DNA of 61,515 nt, counting the filler, from Anaerolineae bacterium (lineage in GTDB: Bacteria > Chloroflexota > Anaerolineae > Epilineales > Epilineaceae), in the NCBI GenBank assembly GCA_029262755.1. It is 7 parts of 7 records of this genome, joined end to end, with 100 filler letters (N's around TTAATTAATTAA, not from the genome) between each part and the next. Parts side by side here need not be neighbours in the genome. Positions count along the whole stretch, not along the records: positions 1 to 9,944 come from JAJCYU010000313.1; positions 10,045 to 16,060 come from JAJCYU010000314.1; 5 more parts are not named here. One strand, given 5' to 3'. Both the position numbers and the translations under genes were made by a program. The stretch's first letter is position 1. Each line of letters starts with the position of its first letter. Positions 1 to 10,254 of the stretch are shown here, piece by piece. The notes under the pieces were generated by a model, which was given only the letters and a program-made list of their open reading frames with translations, had not been told where the DNA came from and made no database searches.

Positions 1-2
1 GC

Positions 3-530
3 GACGGCCATCTGGTCCTCGCGCCGGCCTCATCGGCCTCCAAGAGCCTGCCGACGACGCTGGACCTGACTGGGGCGAGCCTCCACGTGGAAGGCACGTG
101 GATCGGTCCGTCCGCCGATGGAAGCGGGAACGGCGAAGAGACGCCCTTCCGGCTGCGCGGCGAGATCGCGTGGGGCGGCGCGGGTAGCCTGCGCGTTGCG
201 GGCGACGACAAGGCGAGCGACGATACGATGGGCGAGGCTGATCCGGTGTCCGGCGAGGCCGACGGAGATCCGGAAGCCCACGTCCACACGGACGACCACG
301 CGCATCCGGAAGGCACGATCGTCGCCGGCCGTACTGACGACGCGCAACCCGCCGGCGTCCTCCTTCCCGCAGGCGCTACGAGCGTCGCGACGGCGACCAT
401 CCGGCTGGCCCCCCTCTTCGACGATGTGGACTGGGTGTCTTTGGACGAGGAAGATGCGGTCCGCGGTGTGTTACGTAGGGCGAGCGCGGACGCGGTCTGG
501 CGTGTCGAGGTCCCCGCGGCTGTGCGTTGA
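3..530 (+). CDS. Hypothetical protein, 5'-truncated by the window edge; contains a His-rich patch
   Basis: Frame is open from position 3 (DGHLVLAP...) through ORF 87..530; GC-biased codons; HVHTDDHAH patch. Confidence 0.6.
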   Translation, partial: DGHLVLAPASSASKSLPTTLDLTGASLHVEGTWIGPSADGSGNGEETPFRLRGEIAWGGAGSLRVAGDDKASDDTMGEADPVSGEADGDPEAHVHTDDHAHPEGTIVAGRTDDAQPAGVLLPAGATSVATATIRLAPLFDDVDWVSLDEEDAVRGVLRRASADAVWRVEVPAAVR

Positions 531-810
531 ACCCAGCCCGACACAACCCACGACGATCCGCAGGACGGCACCTTAGGGAAGGTGCCTTCGGGACGGCGCG
601 GTCTGTGCGTCACGCGTCGCTCACAGGTCGGCGCGATCGCTGGTCGATGCCGACGTTGATATCGATCGACGTCGAGTTCGCGAGCACGGCTGACGGATCG
701 CTGATGCCGAGGAACCCTTGCCGGGTCATTTCGGTACCAAGAAGCGTACCGTTCGCCGCGCACCCCGCACTCCCAGACTGTCCGAACGCCCGTTTCGACC
801 CGGCGCTACC

Positions 811-871
811 ATTGTCCCCCGCGCCGAATTGCTATTGTTCGACTCCGGACACGAATTGTCCTGGTACATTT
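811..871. promoter_or_regulatory. Candidate MocR operator region upstream of the aminotransferase
   Basis: ATTGTCC repeated (811, 855) and imperfect palindrome AATTGTCCTGGTACATTT (854-871) in an AT-richer patch before ATG 902. Confidence 0.35.
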
Positions 872-901
872 AGATTCCGCCCTTGCCCAACGGAGACCCC
901 C

Positions 902-2128
902 ATGATCGTGGACCCCCCCACGGCCCCCAAGGCCATCGAGATCGGGCACCGGCTCGCCCGCCGCACCGGGCGAATGCATGCGAGCGCGATTCGCGAGATC
1001 CTCAAGGTGGCATCGCGTCCCGGCATGATCTCCCTCGCCGGCGGCCTGCCCGCGCCCGAGAGCTTTCCGGTCGATATCGTGCGCCAGCTCTGCGACGAGG
1101 TCCTGAGCGAGGACGGCGAGCGCGTGCTCCAATACCACGCGACGGAAGGCTACGGTCCGCTGCGCGAGGCGCTCGTGCCCTTCCTCGCCGAGCGCGGGGT
1201 GCACACGTCCGTCGACGACGTTTCGATCTTCCACGGTTCGCAGAACGTGCTCGACACCCTGGCGAAGGTGTTGATCTCGCCCGGCGACGTGATCGCGGTG
1301 GAGTCACCCTCCTACCTCGGCGCGCTCTCGGCCTTCGACGCCTACGAGCCCAACTACGTCATGATCGCGACGGACGATGAGGGTGTGCTGCCCGACGATC
1401 TCGACCGGGTCTTGCGCGAACATCCGGTCAAGCTGGTCTACCTCGTCCCGACGTTCCAGAACCCGACCGGCCGTACGCTTTCGCCCGAGCGGCGAGTGCG
1501 GGTCGCCGAGATTTTGCGCGAGCACGATGCCCTGCTCCTAGAGGACGACCCCTACGGCATGCTCCGCTACGAGGGAACGGCGCCCCTGCCGCTGCACGCG
1601 CTCGCGCCGGAGCGGGTGGTCTACACGAGCACCTTCTCGAAGATCCTGGCGCCGGGGCTGCGCCTAGGCTTTGTTGTGGCGCCGCGCGCCTTGTCGCGCT
1701 GGATGGTGATCGCCAAGCAAGGCGTCGACCTGCACACGAATACCCTGGGGCAGGCGATCGCCGCGGCCTATCTCAGCGGCGGCTATCTGACAGCCCACCT
1801 GCCCAAGATCCTTGAGCTCTACCATCCCCGCCGCGACGCGATGCTACAGGCGCTCGAAAACCACATGCCCGATGGCTTCGTGTGGACCCGGCCGGAGGGC
1901 GGCATGTTCCTGTGGGTCATCGGCCCGGAACGGGTGGACGGAGAAGCGCTCAACGCCCGCTGCATCGAGCACGGGGTGGCCTTCGTGCCTGGCCGCTTCT
2001 TCCATGCCGATGACAGCGGCAGCCACACCTTCCGCCTGAACTTCACGGCGGCCAACCGCACCACGATGGACGGCGCCGTGCGGCTGATGGCGGACGCGGC
2101 GCGCGCCATGCTCAGCGCGAGCGCCTGA
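902..2128 (+). CDS. PLP-dependent aminotransferase class I/II (LysN/Aro8-like)
   Basis: ASAIREILK, ISLAGGLPAPE, PTFQNPTG, EDDPYG, STFSK(PLP)ILAPGLRLG; GGAG RBS before ATG 902. Confidence 0.93.
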   Translation: MIVDPPTAPKAIEIGHRLARRTGRMHASAIREILKVASRPGMISLAGGLPAPESFPVDIVRQLCDEVLSEDGERVLQYHATEGYGPLREALVPFLAERGVHTSVDDVSIFHGSQNVLDTLAKVLISPGDVIAVESPSYLGALSAFDAYEPNYVMIATDDEGVLPDDLDRVLREHPVKLVYLVPTFQNPTGRTLSPERRVRVAEILREHDALLLEDDPYGMLRYEGTAPLPLHALAPERVVYTSTFSKILAPGLRLGFVVAPRALSRWMVIAKQGVDLHTNTLGQAIAAAYLSGGYLTAHLPKILELYHPRRDAMLQALENHMPDGFVWTRPEGGMFLWVIGPERVDGEALNARCIEHGVAFVPGRFFHADDSGSHTFRLNFTAANRTTMDGAVRLMADAARAMLSASA

Positions 2129-2131
2129 GCA

Positions 2132-3634
2132 GTGACCCTCGAGATCGCCATCGAGCGGCCCGGCTCGGACCCGCTCTACCGGCAGATCGCCGCCCAGATC
2201 CGCGCCCGCATCCGCGACGGTCGCCTACCGGCCGGGGCGCGCCTGCCTACCGTGCGAAGCCTAGCCGGCGAACTCGGCGTGACGCGCAACACCGTCCACG
2301 ATGCCTACGGCCGATTGCAGCGCGACGGCTGGGTCGAGTCGATCGTCGGCAGCGGCACCTACGTGCGCCGCCGCATCCAACCGCGCGACATGCTCCAGGC
2401 GATGGCCGACGACATGAGCCCGCCGACCGCGGAGCGCCTGCTGGGCGACCTGTTGCGCCTGGCCGGTCTGAGCGACCGCAGCGCCTCCGGCGTACGCTCG
2501 ATGGCCATCAGCGTGCCGGACCCGGAGCTGGTGCCGACCAACGCGATCTGGGACGCCATCTCCGGCCTGCGCGGCGAGCATGGCCTCCTCGCCGGCTACG
2601 GGCATCCGATGGGCGACCCCACGCTACGCGTCGCGTTGGCCGAGGAATGTGCCGCCCGCGGTGTGCCGGCCGAACCCAACGAGATCATCGTGACCGCGGG
2701 CGTGACGCAGGGCCTCGCCCTCGCCACCCGCGTGCTGGCCGATCCGGGCGACGCCGTGCTCGTCGAGCAGCCGACCTATCTGGGCTGCCTGCACGTGATC
2801 GCGGCCCTCGGCCTACGCCCCATCGGGATCCCGCTCGATGACGAAGGACCCGACATCGCCGCGATCGAAGCGGCCATCCGGGAGCACCGGCCGCGCTTCC
2901 TGTACACCGTGCCCACCTTCCACAACCCGACGGGCATCACGATGAGCCCCAGCCGCCGCGAAGCCATCGCCGATCTGGCGGCACGGCATGATCTCTGGAT
3001 CATCGAGGACGACGTCTACGGCCGGCTGTCCTACGACGGCCCGCCGCCACCAGCCATTGCCGCTTTCGACCGGGCGCAACGCACCATCTACCTGTCCAGC
3101 GTTTCGAAGACCCTGGCGCCGGACATGCGCATCGGCTGGGTGGTGGCGCCCAAGGCAATCCGCGAACGCATGCTCGCGCTGCGCTACGCGACGGACCTGT
3201 GCCTGCCCACGATCCTCCAACGCGCGCTCGCCACGTTGCTCAACGATGGCGCGCTCGACCGACACCTCGCGCATTGCCTGCCGATCTACCGCCGCCGGCG
3301 CGATGCGCTGATGATGGCGCTGCGCCACCACATGCCCGAAGGCGTCACCTGGACCCAACCGCGCGGCGGCCTCTGCGCCTGGCTGACGCTGCCGCAGGAC
3401 GAGCGCCTCCGCGACGTCCACCGCCTCGCGCTGCGCTACGGGCTTGCGGTCGCGCCGGGCGAAGCCTTCTGGACCTCGACCCCGGATGACATCCACCTGC
3501 GCCTCGCCTTCGGCCACCACGACGAGGCCACGATCTGGTCCTGCGTCGAGCTCCTCGCCCGGCTGATCGACACACGCCTGACGTGGGAAGAGGGCGACGC
3601 GGTCCGCCTCGCAGGCTGGACGCCGCTGGTATAG
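2132..3634 (+). CDS. MocR/GabR-family transcriptional regulator (GntR wHTH plus aminotransferase-like domain)
   Basis: PLYRQIA...LPTVRSLAGELGVTRNTV...GSGTYV wHTH; PTFHNPTG, EDDVYG, SVSKTLAP. Confidence 0.93.
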   Translation: MTLEIAIERPGSDPLYRQIAAQIRARIRDGRLPAGARLPTVRSLAGELGVTRNTVHDAYGRLQRDGWVESIVGSGTYVRRRIQPRDMLQAMADDMSPPTAERLLGDLLRLAGLSDRSASGVRSMAISVPDPELVPTNAIWDAISGLRGEHGLLAGYGHPMGDPTLRVALAEECAARGVPAEPNEIIVTAGVTQGLALATRVLADPGDAVLVEQPTYLGCLHVIAALGLRPIGIPLDDEGPDIAAIEAAIREHRPRFLYTVPTFHNPTGITMSPSRREAIADLAARHDLWIIEDDVYGRLSYDGPPPPAIAAFDRAQRTIYLSSVSKTLAPDMRIGWVVAPKAIRERMLALRYATDLCLPTILQRALATLLNDGALDRHLAHCLPIYRRRRDALMMALRHHMPEGVTWTQPRGGLCAWLTLPQDERLRDVHRLALRYGLAVAPGEAFWTSTPDDIHLRLAFGHHDEATIWSCVELLARLIDTRLTWEEGDAVRLAGWTPLV

Positions 3635-3671
3635 GCTGCCCCGGCTTTCCGCGCCGCCTCGCGTTCTTGGA

Positions 3672-5999
3672 TCAGCGCGCAGCCCAGGGGATGAACAAGC
3701 GCCCTGCGGCCGGCTCTGGTCCCGGTCCCGGTTCGTCGCCCGGCTGCCACTCGATGGGCACGATGACGTCGCGCGGGTTGCCGCCCGTCGAGAGCACGAT
3801 CACGCCGCGCCGCGGACCGTCCGCGCCCGCGATCGACGCGGGCTGCGCGCATACCGTTGCCTCGACCCGCTCGCCCGCCTCGATCGCCGCCGGCAGCCCT
3901 TCCAGGCGCAGGCCCTCGCCGGTGATGGCGAGCACGTCGAGGTCGAAGGTCGAGGCATCTCCCTCGACCGCCCAGCCCTGGACCCAGACCTGGTAGGCGC
4001 CAGGCGGTAGTGGACGGGTGCCGCCGAGCTGGATCCGCTCGTTCGCGCTGCTGGTCGTGCCGGCGCCCGCGAGTTCGTCCGGGTAGGAGAAGGCGCCGTC
4101 CTCATTGCGATCGTAGAGAAGGAACAGATCGAGGTCGTCGTCCTCTTCGCCGGTGAGCCGGATCTCCATCACGGCGATCGGCTCGTCCGCCTGGAGATCG
4201 AGCTGGAAGCCTGCGCTCGAAGGATCCTCGGGATCGTCGGCCGTCACCGGCACGTCGGCGCGCGCGACGTGAAGATTGTCCAGCCCCCATCCCCGCCCGA
4301 CCAGGCGGGGCATGGCGGCATGGGCCGTGAAGGTCAGCGGCGCGCAGGTGGCGCCGCGCATTGGGACGGACGAAGGTACCTCGCCGACGCGAATCGCGAC
4401 GAATCCGCGGTTGCGGAGCCACTCGGCGCGGCCGGGCCGGTCCGGATGCTCGATGAACGTGAGCTCGGCCCCGTCGCCCGCGCCGTCCCCGTCCTGGTCT
4501 GTCTGGAAGGTGTTGAGGTAGCGCTGCACCAGCGCCTCGGGTGCGGCGCTGCCCTGCTTGAGCATGAGGCCGTCGCCCGTGTGGTGCACCCAAATCGTGG
4601 TCTGGTCGCCGTCGCGGTTCTGGCTCACGTAGGTACCCGCGTAGGCCGCCCACGTGTCCGGATCCGTGCTGCGATCACCCGGATCGGGCAATTCCGGTTG
4701 GACAACCTCGAGAATGGCGCAGCGCGCCGCGTTGGAAAGCGATTGTGGCGAGCTGGCCAACACGCTCACCGCGAACGCACGCTCGGGCACCCAGTACAAC
4801 TGCGAGGAGTAACCGTCGATGTTGCCGCCGTGCTGGAGCAACGTCAGGCCGGGAAGCTCTTCGGAGCGCATGATCCCGTAGCCGTAGTAGAGACCGGGTA
4901 TGCTCTGCAGGTCGATGCGACGGCCCTGCATCGCGGACGCAGACTCCTCGCTCAGCACGTCACCGCCACCGTCCATCAGCAGCTTCGCCCACGCTACCAA
5001 CTCCGTCGGGGTTGAAAAGGCGAAGCCGGCCGGACCGCCCCACAAGCTGTCGTAGTCGTCCGGCGCGAAGGTGCCCGCGGGCCCGCCGCCCATGGCGAAG
5101 TTGCCGTCCGCGATCACCGCGGCCGGATCCATCGTCGTGCGCGCCATGCCGGCGGGGCGCCACACTTCGTCGACCAGATAGGACCGGTAGGGCCGGCCGG
5201 TCGTGCGCTGCAGCACAAGGCCCGCCAAGCTCCAGCTCGGGTTGCTGTAGTTGTAGAACGAACCAGGCGGCGCGTAGAGCTGCACCACGCCGCGGCTCGC
5301 CGCCCACTCTTCGAGCGTCGTGGGTCCGTACGCGCCCGTCAGATCGTCCGGGATCCCCGCGCTGTGGGTCATCAAATGGTGGGTCGTGATCGCGGAGGCA
5401 TCCCACGGCGCGGCGATCTCGAAGCCGGGCACGTAGGTCGTCACGGGCGCGTGGAGGTCGATACTCCCCTGCTCCACCTGCTGCATCACACCGGCGGCGG
5501 TCATCATCTTCGTCGTCGACCCGATGCGGAAGAGCGTATCCGGATCGATTGCATCCTCGCGCTCCGGATGCTTGAGCCCGTAGCCGCGGGCGTAGACCAA
5601 CTCGCCCTCGTTCAGGACGGCGATCGACGCGCCGTGCGCGCCGCGATCCGCCATGTCCTGTGTCATGCAGGCGTCGATCGCGGCGAAGGGATCGCCGTCC
5701 TGGTCGATGACCTCGCCGCGATCGCCGCGGACCTCTGCGTGCCACGCGCGGAAGGCGTCGTCGTCCAGCCGCAATGACGCCTCATCTTCGGGCGTAGACG
5801 GTTCGGGCAGGGTCGACGGAACGTCGTCGAGCAATGTGCTCGGCGCAGCGTTCGCGAGCGCCGGTTCTCCGGGCGATGACGGAACGCGATCTGTTGCTCC
5901 GGCGGCGCGCGACGCCGTCGCACCCATGAACATGACGACGAGGACGACTAGCACGATGGCGAGACGTGGTTGGTGCGAGCTGGGGTAGCGGCGCGGCAT
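3672..5999 (-). CDS. Secreted beta-lactamase-like serine hydrolase with C-terminal PPC-like domain and LFIP tail
   Basis: Signal peptide; SxxK (STTK), YxN (YSN), HGG; DDDLDLFL...GAYQVWVQGW domain; ends RLFIPWAAR. Confidence 0.9.
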   Translation of the reverse strand: MPRRYPSSHQPRLAIVLVVLVVMFMGATASRAAGATDRVPSSPGEPALANAAPSTLLDDVPSTLPEPSTPEDEASLRLDDDAFRAWHAEVRGDRGEVIDQDGDPFAAIDACMTQDMADRGAHGASIAVLNEGELVYARGYGLKHPEREDAIDPDTLFRIGSTTKMMTAAGVMQQVEQGSIDLHAPVTTYVPGFEIAAPWDASAITTHHLMTHSAGIPDDLTGAYGPTTLEEWAASRGVVQLYAPPGSFYNYSNPSWSLAGLVLQRTTGRPYRSYLVDEVWRPAGMARTTMDPAAVIADGNFAMGGGPAGTFAPDDYDSLWGGPAGFAFSTPTELVAWAKLLMDGGGDVLSEESASAMQGRRIDLQSIPGLYYGYGIMRSEELPGLTLLQHGGNIDGYSSQLYWVPERAFAVSVLASSPQSLSNAARCAILEVVQPELPDPGDRSTDPDTWAAYAGTYVSQNRDGDQTTIWVHHTGDGLMLKQGSAAPEALVQRYLNTFQTDQDGDGAGDGAELTFIEHPDRPGRAEWLRNRGFVAIRVGEVPSSVPMRGATCAPLTFTAHAAMPRLVGRGWGLDNLHVARADVPVTADDPEDPSSAGFQLDLQADEPIAVMEIRLTGEEDDDLDLFLLYDRNEDGAFSYPDELAGAGTTSSANERIQLGGTRPLPPGAYQVWVQGWAVEGDASTFDLDVLAITGEGLRLEGLPAAIEAGERVEATVCAQPASIAGADGPRRGVIVLSTGGNPRDVIVPIEWQPGDEPGPGPEPAAGRLFIPWAAR

Positions 6000-6381
6000 C
6001 GAGAACTCCAGAGGTGTGGGAAGGGCGAGCGCGTCCCGGGCGGGGTTGGCAGACGGCGTAGCGTGCAGGGCGTTTTTCCGGGGCGCCGCCGTCGCCGTCC
6101 CCTATGCGACGTAGTGCTTCGATCGTCGCGAATGCAACCGGTGTAGCGCGCAATGGGACCATGGACCGGTCCGACAGGTTTCGAGGCGCAGCGGATTCGC
6201 GGACAGGCGCGACACGCGCTTCATCCCCCAAGGCGGCATGATCCTCTCGACGCGGACCACGCCGGCCGGCTTATCCGGCAACGTTGGGCACGATTCCACG
6301 CATCACCGTCGGGATCTGCCGCCCCGACCTCGTCTGGGCTACGCTTGGCTTGTCCCCCAAGCCACAACAAAGGACTGAACC

Positions 6382-6780
6382 ATGGATCAACACGAGCCGC
6401 GCAAGAACGTCCTCGGTGGGGCGCTGGAGACCTGTTCCATCGCGCCGCGCACCGGTTTCTTCCGCGACGGATGCTGCCGCGGCAGCCAACTCGATCCCGG
6501 CGCGCACATCGTGTGCGTCGAGGTCAACGAAGCCTTCCTGACCTTCAGCGCAGCCCACGGCAACGACCTCTCCACACCGCGCCCCGAGTTCGACTTCGCC
6601 GGCCTCACGCCCGGCGACCGGTGGTGCGTCTGCGCCGAGCGTTGGGTGCAGGCGATGTGGACCGGTTTCGCCGCGCCCATCGTGCTCGAGGCCACCGATG
6701 AGGCGATGCTCGAGCACGTCGAGCTCGACGTGCTTCAGGCCTACGCCACGGCCGCCCGGCCCACCGGCAGCACCGAGTGA
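6382..6780 (+). CDS. DUF2237 family protein
   Basis: NVLGGALETCS, TGFFRDGCC, GNDLSTPRPE, GDRWCVCA. Confidence 0.92.
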   Translation: MDQHEPRKNVLGGALETCSIAPRTGFFRDGCCRGSQLDPGAHIVCVEVNEAFLTFSAAHGNDLSTPRPEFDFAGLTPGDRWCVCAERWVQAMWTGFAAPIVLEATDEAMLEHVELDVLQAYATAARPTGSTE

Positions 6781-7184
6781 CGCGCAATCGCGCCTTCAGC
6801 GGCGCCCCGTGGGAGCCCGAGGTCGGCTACTGCCGTGCGATCCGCATCGGCGACCGGATCCTCGTCGGCGGCACGGCGCCCGTCGCGGAGGACGGGGGCG
6901 TGCACGCCCCCGGCGACGCCGAGGCGCAGGCCGCGCGCTGCATCGCGATCATCGCCGCCGCGCTCGCGGAGCTGGGCGCCGCGCTGTCCGACGTGGTCAG
7001 CACGCGAATATACGTGACCGACATCGCGCGCTGGCCCGAGATCGGCCGTGCGCACGCCGCCGCCTTCGGCGCCCACCCGCCGGTCGCGACGATGGTCGAG
7101 GTCGCCCGCCTGATCGACCCGGCCATGCTCGTGGAGATCGAGGTCGAAGCCGTGCTAACCGGGCGGGAAGCGGCCGGCAGCTAA
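6777..7184 (+). CDS. RidA/YjgF family protein
   Basis: SGAPWEPEVGYCRA, DVVSTRIYVTDI, TMVEV..LIDP.MLVEIE; GTGA overlap with DUF2237. Confidence 0.92.
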   Translation: MTRNRAFSGAPWEPEVGYCRAIRIGDRILVGGTAPVAEDGGVHAPGDAEAQAARCIAIIAAALAELGAALSDVVSTRIYVTDIARWPEIGRAHAAAFGAHPPVATMVEVARLIDPAMLVEIEVEAVLTGREAAGS

Positions 7185-7324
7185 GGCTCGCCTACGGTCA
7201 CGGCTGCGCGACAAGCAACGTATGCACAACCACGGGCAAGGGGCGCGAAGGACGCGTCGAATTCGGTCCGGCTCATCATTCGCGTCGATCGCGCGAGTAA
7301 CGACAGCAGCGCGGGTGCGCCAGG

Positions 7325-7483
7325 CACGTTGATCGCATGAGCAACGTCGATCGCGAGGACGCGCCGGGCACGTCGATTGCGAGGACGCGCCGGGCACGTC
7401 GATCGCGTGAGCCACGTCGATCGCGTGAGCCGCGTCGATCGCATGAGCCACGTCCATCGTGTGAGCCACGTCCATCGCGAGGA
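7325..7483. repeat. Intergenic mixed 18/26-bp tandem repeat with core CACGTCGATCGCG
   Basis: About 8 consecutive units: five 18-mers (cacgtcgatcgcgtgagc-like), two 26-mers (cacgtcgat[ct]gcgaggacgcgccggg) and a final partial unit. Confidence 0.85.
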
Positions 7484-7629
7484 TCCATCGAGTTCGCCGG
7501 TAGCACCGAACGCATCGGCCCCGTTGATCGCCTGTGTCCCGTCGTTCCCGACGATCGCATCCTTCTCGACCCTCGACCCTCGACCCGACAACGCCCATCC
7601 GCCGTTCGCCGATCCACCCGGAGGCTGCC

Positions 7630-8406
7630 ATGTCCCCCCTACCCCTCTCGTCGCCAAAATCTCCGACGCCTCCCGAGCCTCCCCCGCCTCCAACGCCGCC
7701 CACGTCCCCGTCGCCGCGCGCCAGCCGACGTCCCCGCGTGGACCTTCGCGCGATCGCGGGCGGCGCGACCGTGACGCTGCTCGTGCTCGCGCTTCTCGCG
7801 CCGCGCTTCGACACCGCGTGGGCGCAGCCGATCGGCGATCCGCCGGTCTATCTGCCGATCGGCCTGGACGGTGTCGCCGGCGAGGCAGCGCCCGCGCAAG
7901 CAACGGCCAGCCCGCCTCCGACGACGCCGCAGCCCACGGTGTCTTCGGTACCGCCGCCGCCGTCCACGCAGCCACCTCCCGGCACACCGACGGAGCCGCC
8001 CGTTCCAGGGACGCCCACGCCGGAAACCGCGCAGCCCGCGCCCGCACCGGTCGTCCTCCTGCCGGGCGGGATCGATATCGGCGCGTGGTTCGGTGACGCG
8101 ACCACGATCCTGGATGCGCGCATCGTCGGCGACGATCTCCTGCTATCCGTGCGCTACGGCGGCGGCTGCGTGGACCACGACTTCTGGTTGGCCGCGAGCA
8201 CGCTCTTCATGGAGTCGCAGCCACCGCAGGTCGCGATGCTCCTGTCGCACAACGCGCACAACGATCTGTGCCGCGCGTTGATCACCCGCGATCTGGCCTT
8301 CGACCTGCGACCCCTCGCCCGCTCCTTCGCGGAAGGCGGCGCGGACAACGGCACGTTGATCCTGCGCCTTCCCGGGTGGACCGGAGAGCTGCGCTACACG
8401 TTCTAG
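7630..8406 (+). CDS. Secreted Pro/Thr-rich protein with N-terminal VYLP motif and a C-terminal two-Cys domain
   Basis: GGAGG RBS before ATG 7630; hydrophobic signal ending AWA-Q; PPVYLPIG; PT linker; YGGGC..HDF...MESQPPQ...C.ALI...FDL domain. Confidence 0.8.
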   Translation: MSPLPLSSPKSPTPPEPPPPPTPPTSPSPRASRRPRVDLRAIAGGATVTLLVLALLAPRFDTAWAQPIGDPPVYLPIGLDGVAGEAAPAQATASPPPTTPQPTVSSVPPPPSTQPPPGTPTEPPVPGTPTPETAQPAPAPVVLLPGGIDIGAWFGDATTILDARIVGDDLLLSVRYGGGCVDHDFWLAASTLFMESQPPQVAMLLSHNAHNDLCRALITRDLAFDLRPLARSFAEGGADNGTLILRLPGWTGELRYTF

Positions 8407-8499
8407 CCTCGACCGGATCAACCGGATCAACCGGGTGATTGCGGGCGATTCGGGACGGCGCGTGGGACGACCTTCGCGACAGCTCGATGCGAACGAACG

Positions 8500-8534
8500 A
8501 ACAGCGGGGCGGCCATTTCGGCCGCCCCGCTGTT
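8500..8534. terminator. Intrinsic terminator-like hairpin between convergent genes
   Basis: Perfect 15-bp stem AACAGCGGGGCGGCC / GGCCGCCCCGCTGTT with a 5-nt loop. Confidence 0.75.
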
Positions 8535-8612
8535 TGATTCGCTCGTGGATCTTCATGGCGCTCGTCGCGACATAACGTCGATGTCGACGAAGCTACATCT
8601 GCCTAGGCCGGC

Positions 8613-9155
8613 TTAGACCGGATAACCCTTGCCGCCCTGCACGCCCTTGAGGCACGAGATCTCACCGCAGTGCCAATGGGTGTTGTTTAGCACGGCGACG
8701 TTGAGCATGTAGCCCACCGTCGTGTCGCCCGCCACGGGATGCGAGATCTCGGTATCGAGGTCGGCGTCGGTCAGGCTGTCGAGGTAGCTATCGGTCTTGG
8801 CGCGGACGGCCTGTGCGTACTCGCGCAGCTGGGGAAGATCGACCTCAACGTTCTGGGCCCACTCGTGCCAGTCGGGTAGACCGGTTTCGCCTTCGCGCGG
8901 GGCGGGAGGGGGCGGGTTGAAGCCGGCGCGGCCGGCGTGCGAGCTGGCGAAGAGCGGCGGCTTCTGCTGGAACAAGCCGTTGATGATGCCGTCTTCCGAG
9001 GTCAGCACGTGCGCGTACTGTGCACCGATCGGGTTGGCATTGCCCGGCGGCTGCCACTGGGCCTGCTCCGGCGTGACGTCCGCCATCGTGCCGTCGATGA
9101 ACTCGCGTGCGCCGTGGATCTGCTGCCGTAGGTTATCGACGAGGGTTCGGGCCAT
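8613..9155 (-). CDS. DinB/YfiT family protein
   Basis: WQPPGNANPIG..YAHV, HWHCGEISCLKG; AAGGAG RBS. Confidence 0.85.
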   Translation of the reverse strand: MARTLVDNLRQQIHGAREFIDGTMADVTPEQAQWQPPGNANPIGAQYAHVLTSEDGIINGLFQQKPPLFASSHAGRAGFNPPPPAPREGETGLPDWHEWAQNVEVDLPQLREYAQAVRAKTDSYLDSLTDADLDTEISHPVAGDTTVGYMLNVAVLNNTHWHCGEISCLKGVQGGKGYPV

Positions 9156-9432
9156 GGGTGTTGCTCCTTGCTCGAGTGCAGCGCGATGGAAGTGGCGGGG
9201 GGAGCCGCCAAGGATCTCGTCAAGCGCCTCTACGTAGCGTTACGCGTGTGACAGGCTCCTGCCCGCGGACCCGCTACGCCTTCACCACGCGTACCAGCGT
9301 ATCGACATCCGGGACGGCACGGCGCTGCTGGACAAGCAACGATCGACCCGCCCGCGACACTCCGATCGACCATTCGATCCGTCCTACCGGCCGATCTTTC
9401 GTCCGCCGGTGCGATCTCGGACGCTGCCTCGA

Positions 9433-9944
9433 TCATCGCCCCGCACGCGGCACGAAGACCGGTCCCGGCCCCGCTCCGCCCGTGGGCGTGTCGCTCGGTC
9501 GCGGCGTCCCCGGCGGCGTCGGCGCGGCCGTCGCGGTCGCACCCCCGCCGCCCCCTTCGCCGGCCGTGCATAGATCGAGCCAACCGTCGCCCGCACCCCC
9601 AGGCGCCGGGCAGCGACCGACGCCGACCGCGCCGCGGTAGGTCTCACGTAGCGCGAGCGTGCCCTCCGGGCCGGCGGTCACGCGTTCGTGCAAGGCGTCG
9701 TCTACGGTGGTCACGTAGATCGTGTCCGGCTCGACGCCCACCACGTGCAGCCCGTGCGGCACCACGTCGTCGAGGCGCAACCGGGCGAAGCCGAGGGCAG
9801 CGCGCGGGACGTCGCCGTTGGTGAGCAGCACGTCGGGCTTCGCATCCGGCGCACCGGAGGCGCCGAGGCGGACGGCCAAGGGTGTGCCGCCCAGGGGATC
9901 GCCTTGCGCCGGGATCCGCGAGGCGGAGCCAGAACCCACGTCGG
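9433..9944 (-). CDS. 3' part of a secreted protein (truncated by contig end) with PT linker and VFVP tail
   Basis: Open frame running to the gap; ends TATAAPTPPGTPRPSDTPT...PVFVPRAGR*. Confidence 0.75.
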
Positions 9945-10044
9945 NNNNNNNNNNNNNNNNNNNNNNNNNNNNNNNNNNNNNNNNNNNNTTAATTAATTAA
10001 NNNNNNNNNNNNNNNNNNNNNNNNNNNNNNNNNNNNNNNNNNNN
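9945..10044. other. Artificial contig-joining spacer
   Basis: N-run + TTAATTAATTAA + N-run, 100 bp. Confidence 0.98.
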
Positions 10045-10254
10045 CACCCTGGCACGAACATTGCACGTGTTCCGCCATCGCTGAGGACCGGTCGCCAACG
10101 GTCGCGGCGGCGGCAACTGCGGCGCCCGTCCCGCGGTGCCCGAACAGCGACCGGCCCTCAGCGACTCCTCATGCGGCATGGCTAGTCTCCCGGTCCAAGA
10201 CCCCGTTCAGCACGCAATCTTCACGCCCGTCGTGCTCGCTATTGAGGCTACCCC

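Noticed and set aside
7325..7483. Possible CRISPR array
   Set aside because: Units are head-to-tail with no unique spacers, and no cas genes are present in the window.
8412..8434. Short ACCGGATCA tandem repeat
   Set aside because: Only about 2.5 copies just after a stop codon; likely trivial slippage.
10045..10179. Possible 5' start of a minus-strand gene (GGGAG RBS, MPHEESL...)
   Set aside because: Only 45 codons visible before the gap, with no recognisable motif; cannot be supported.
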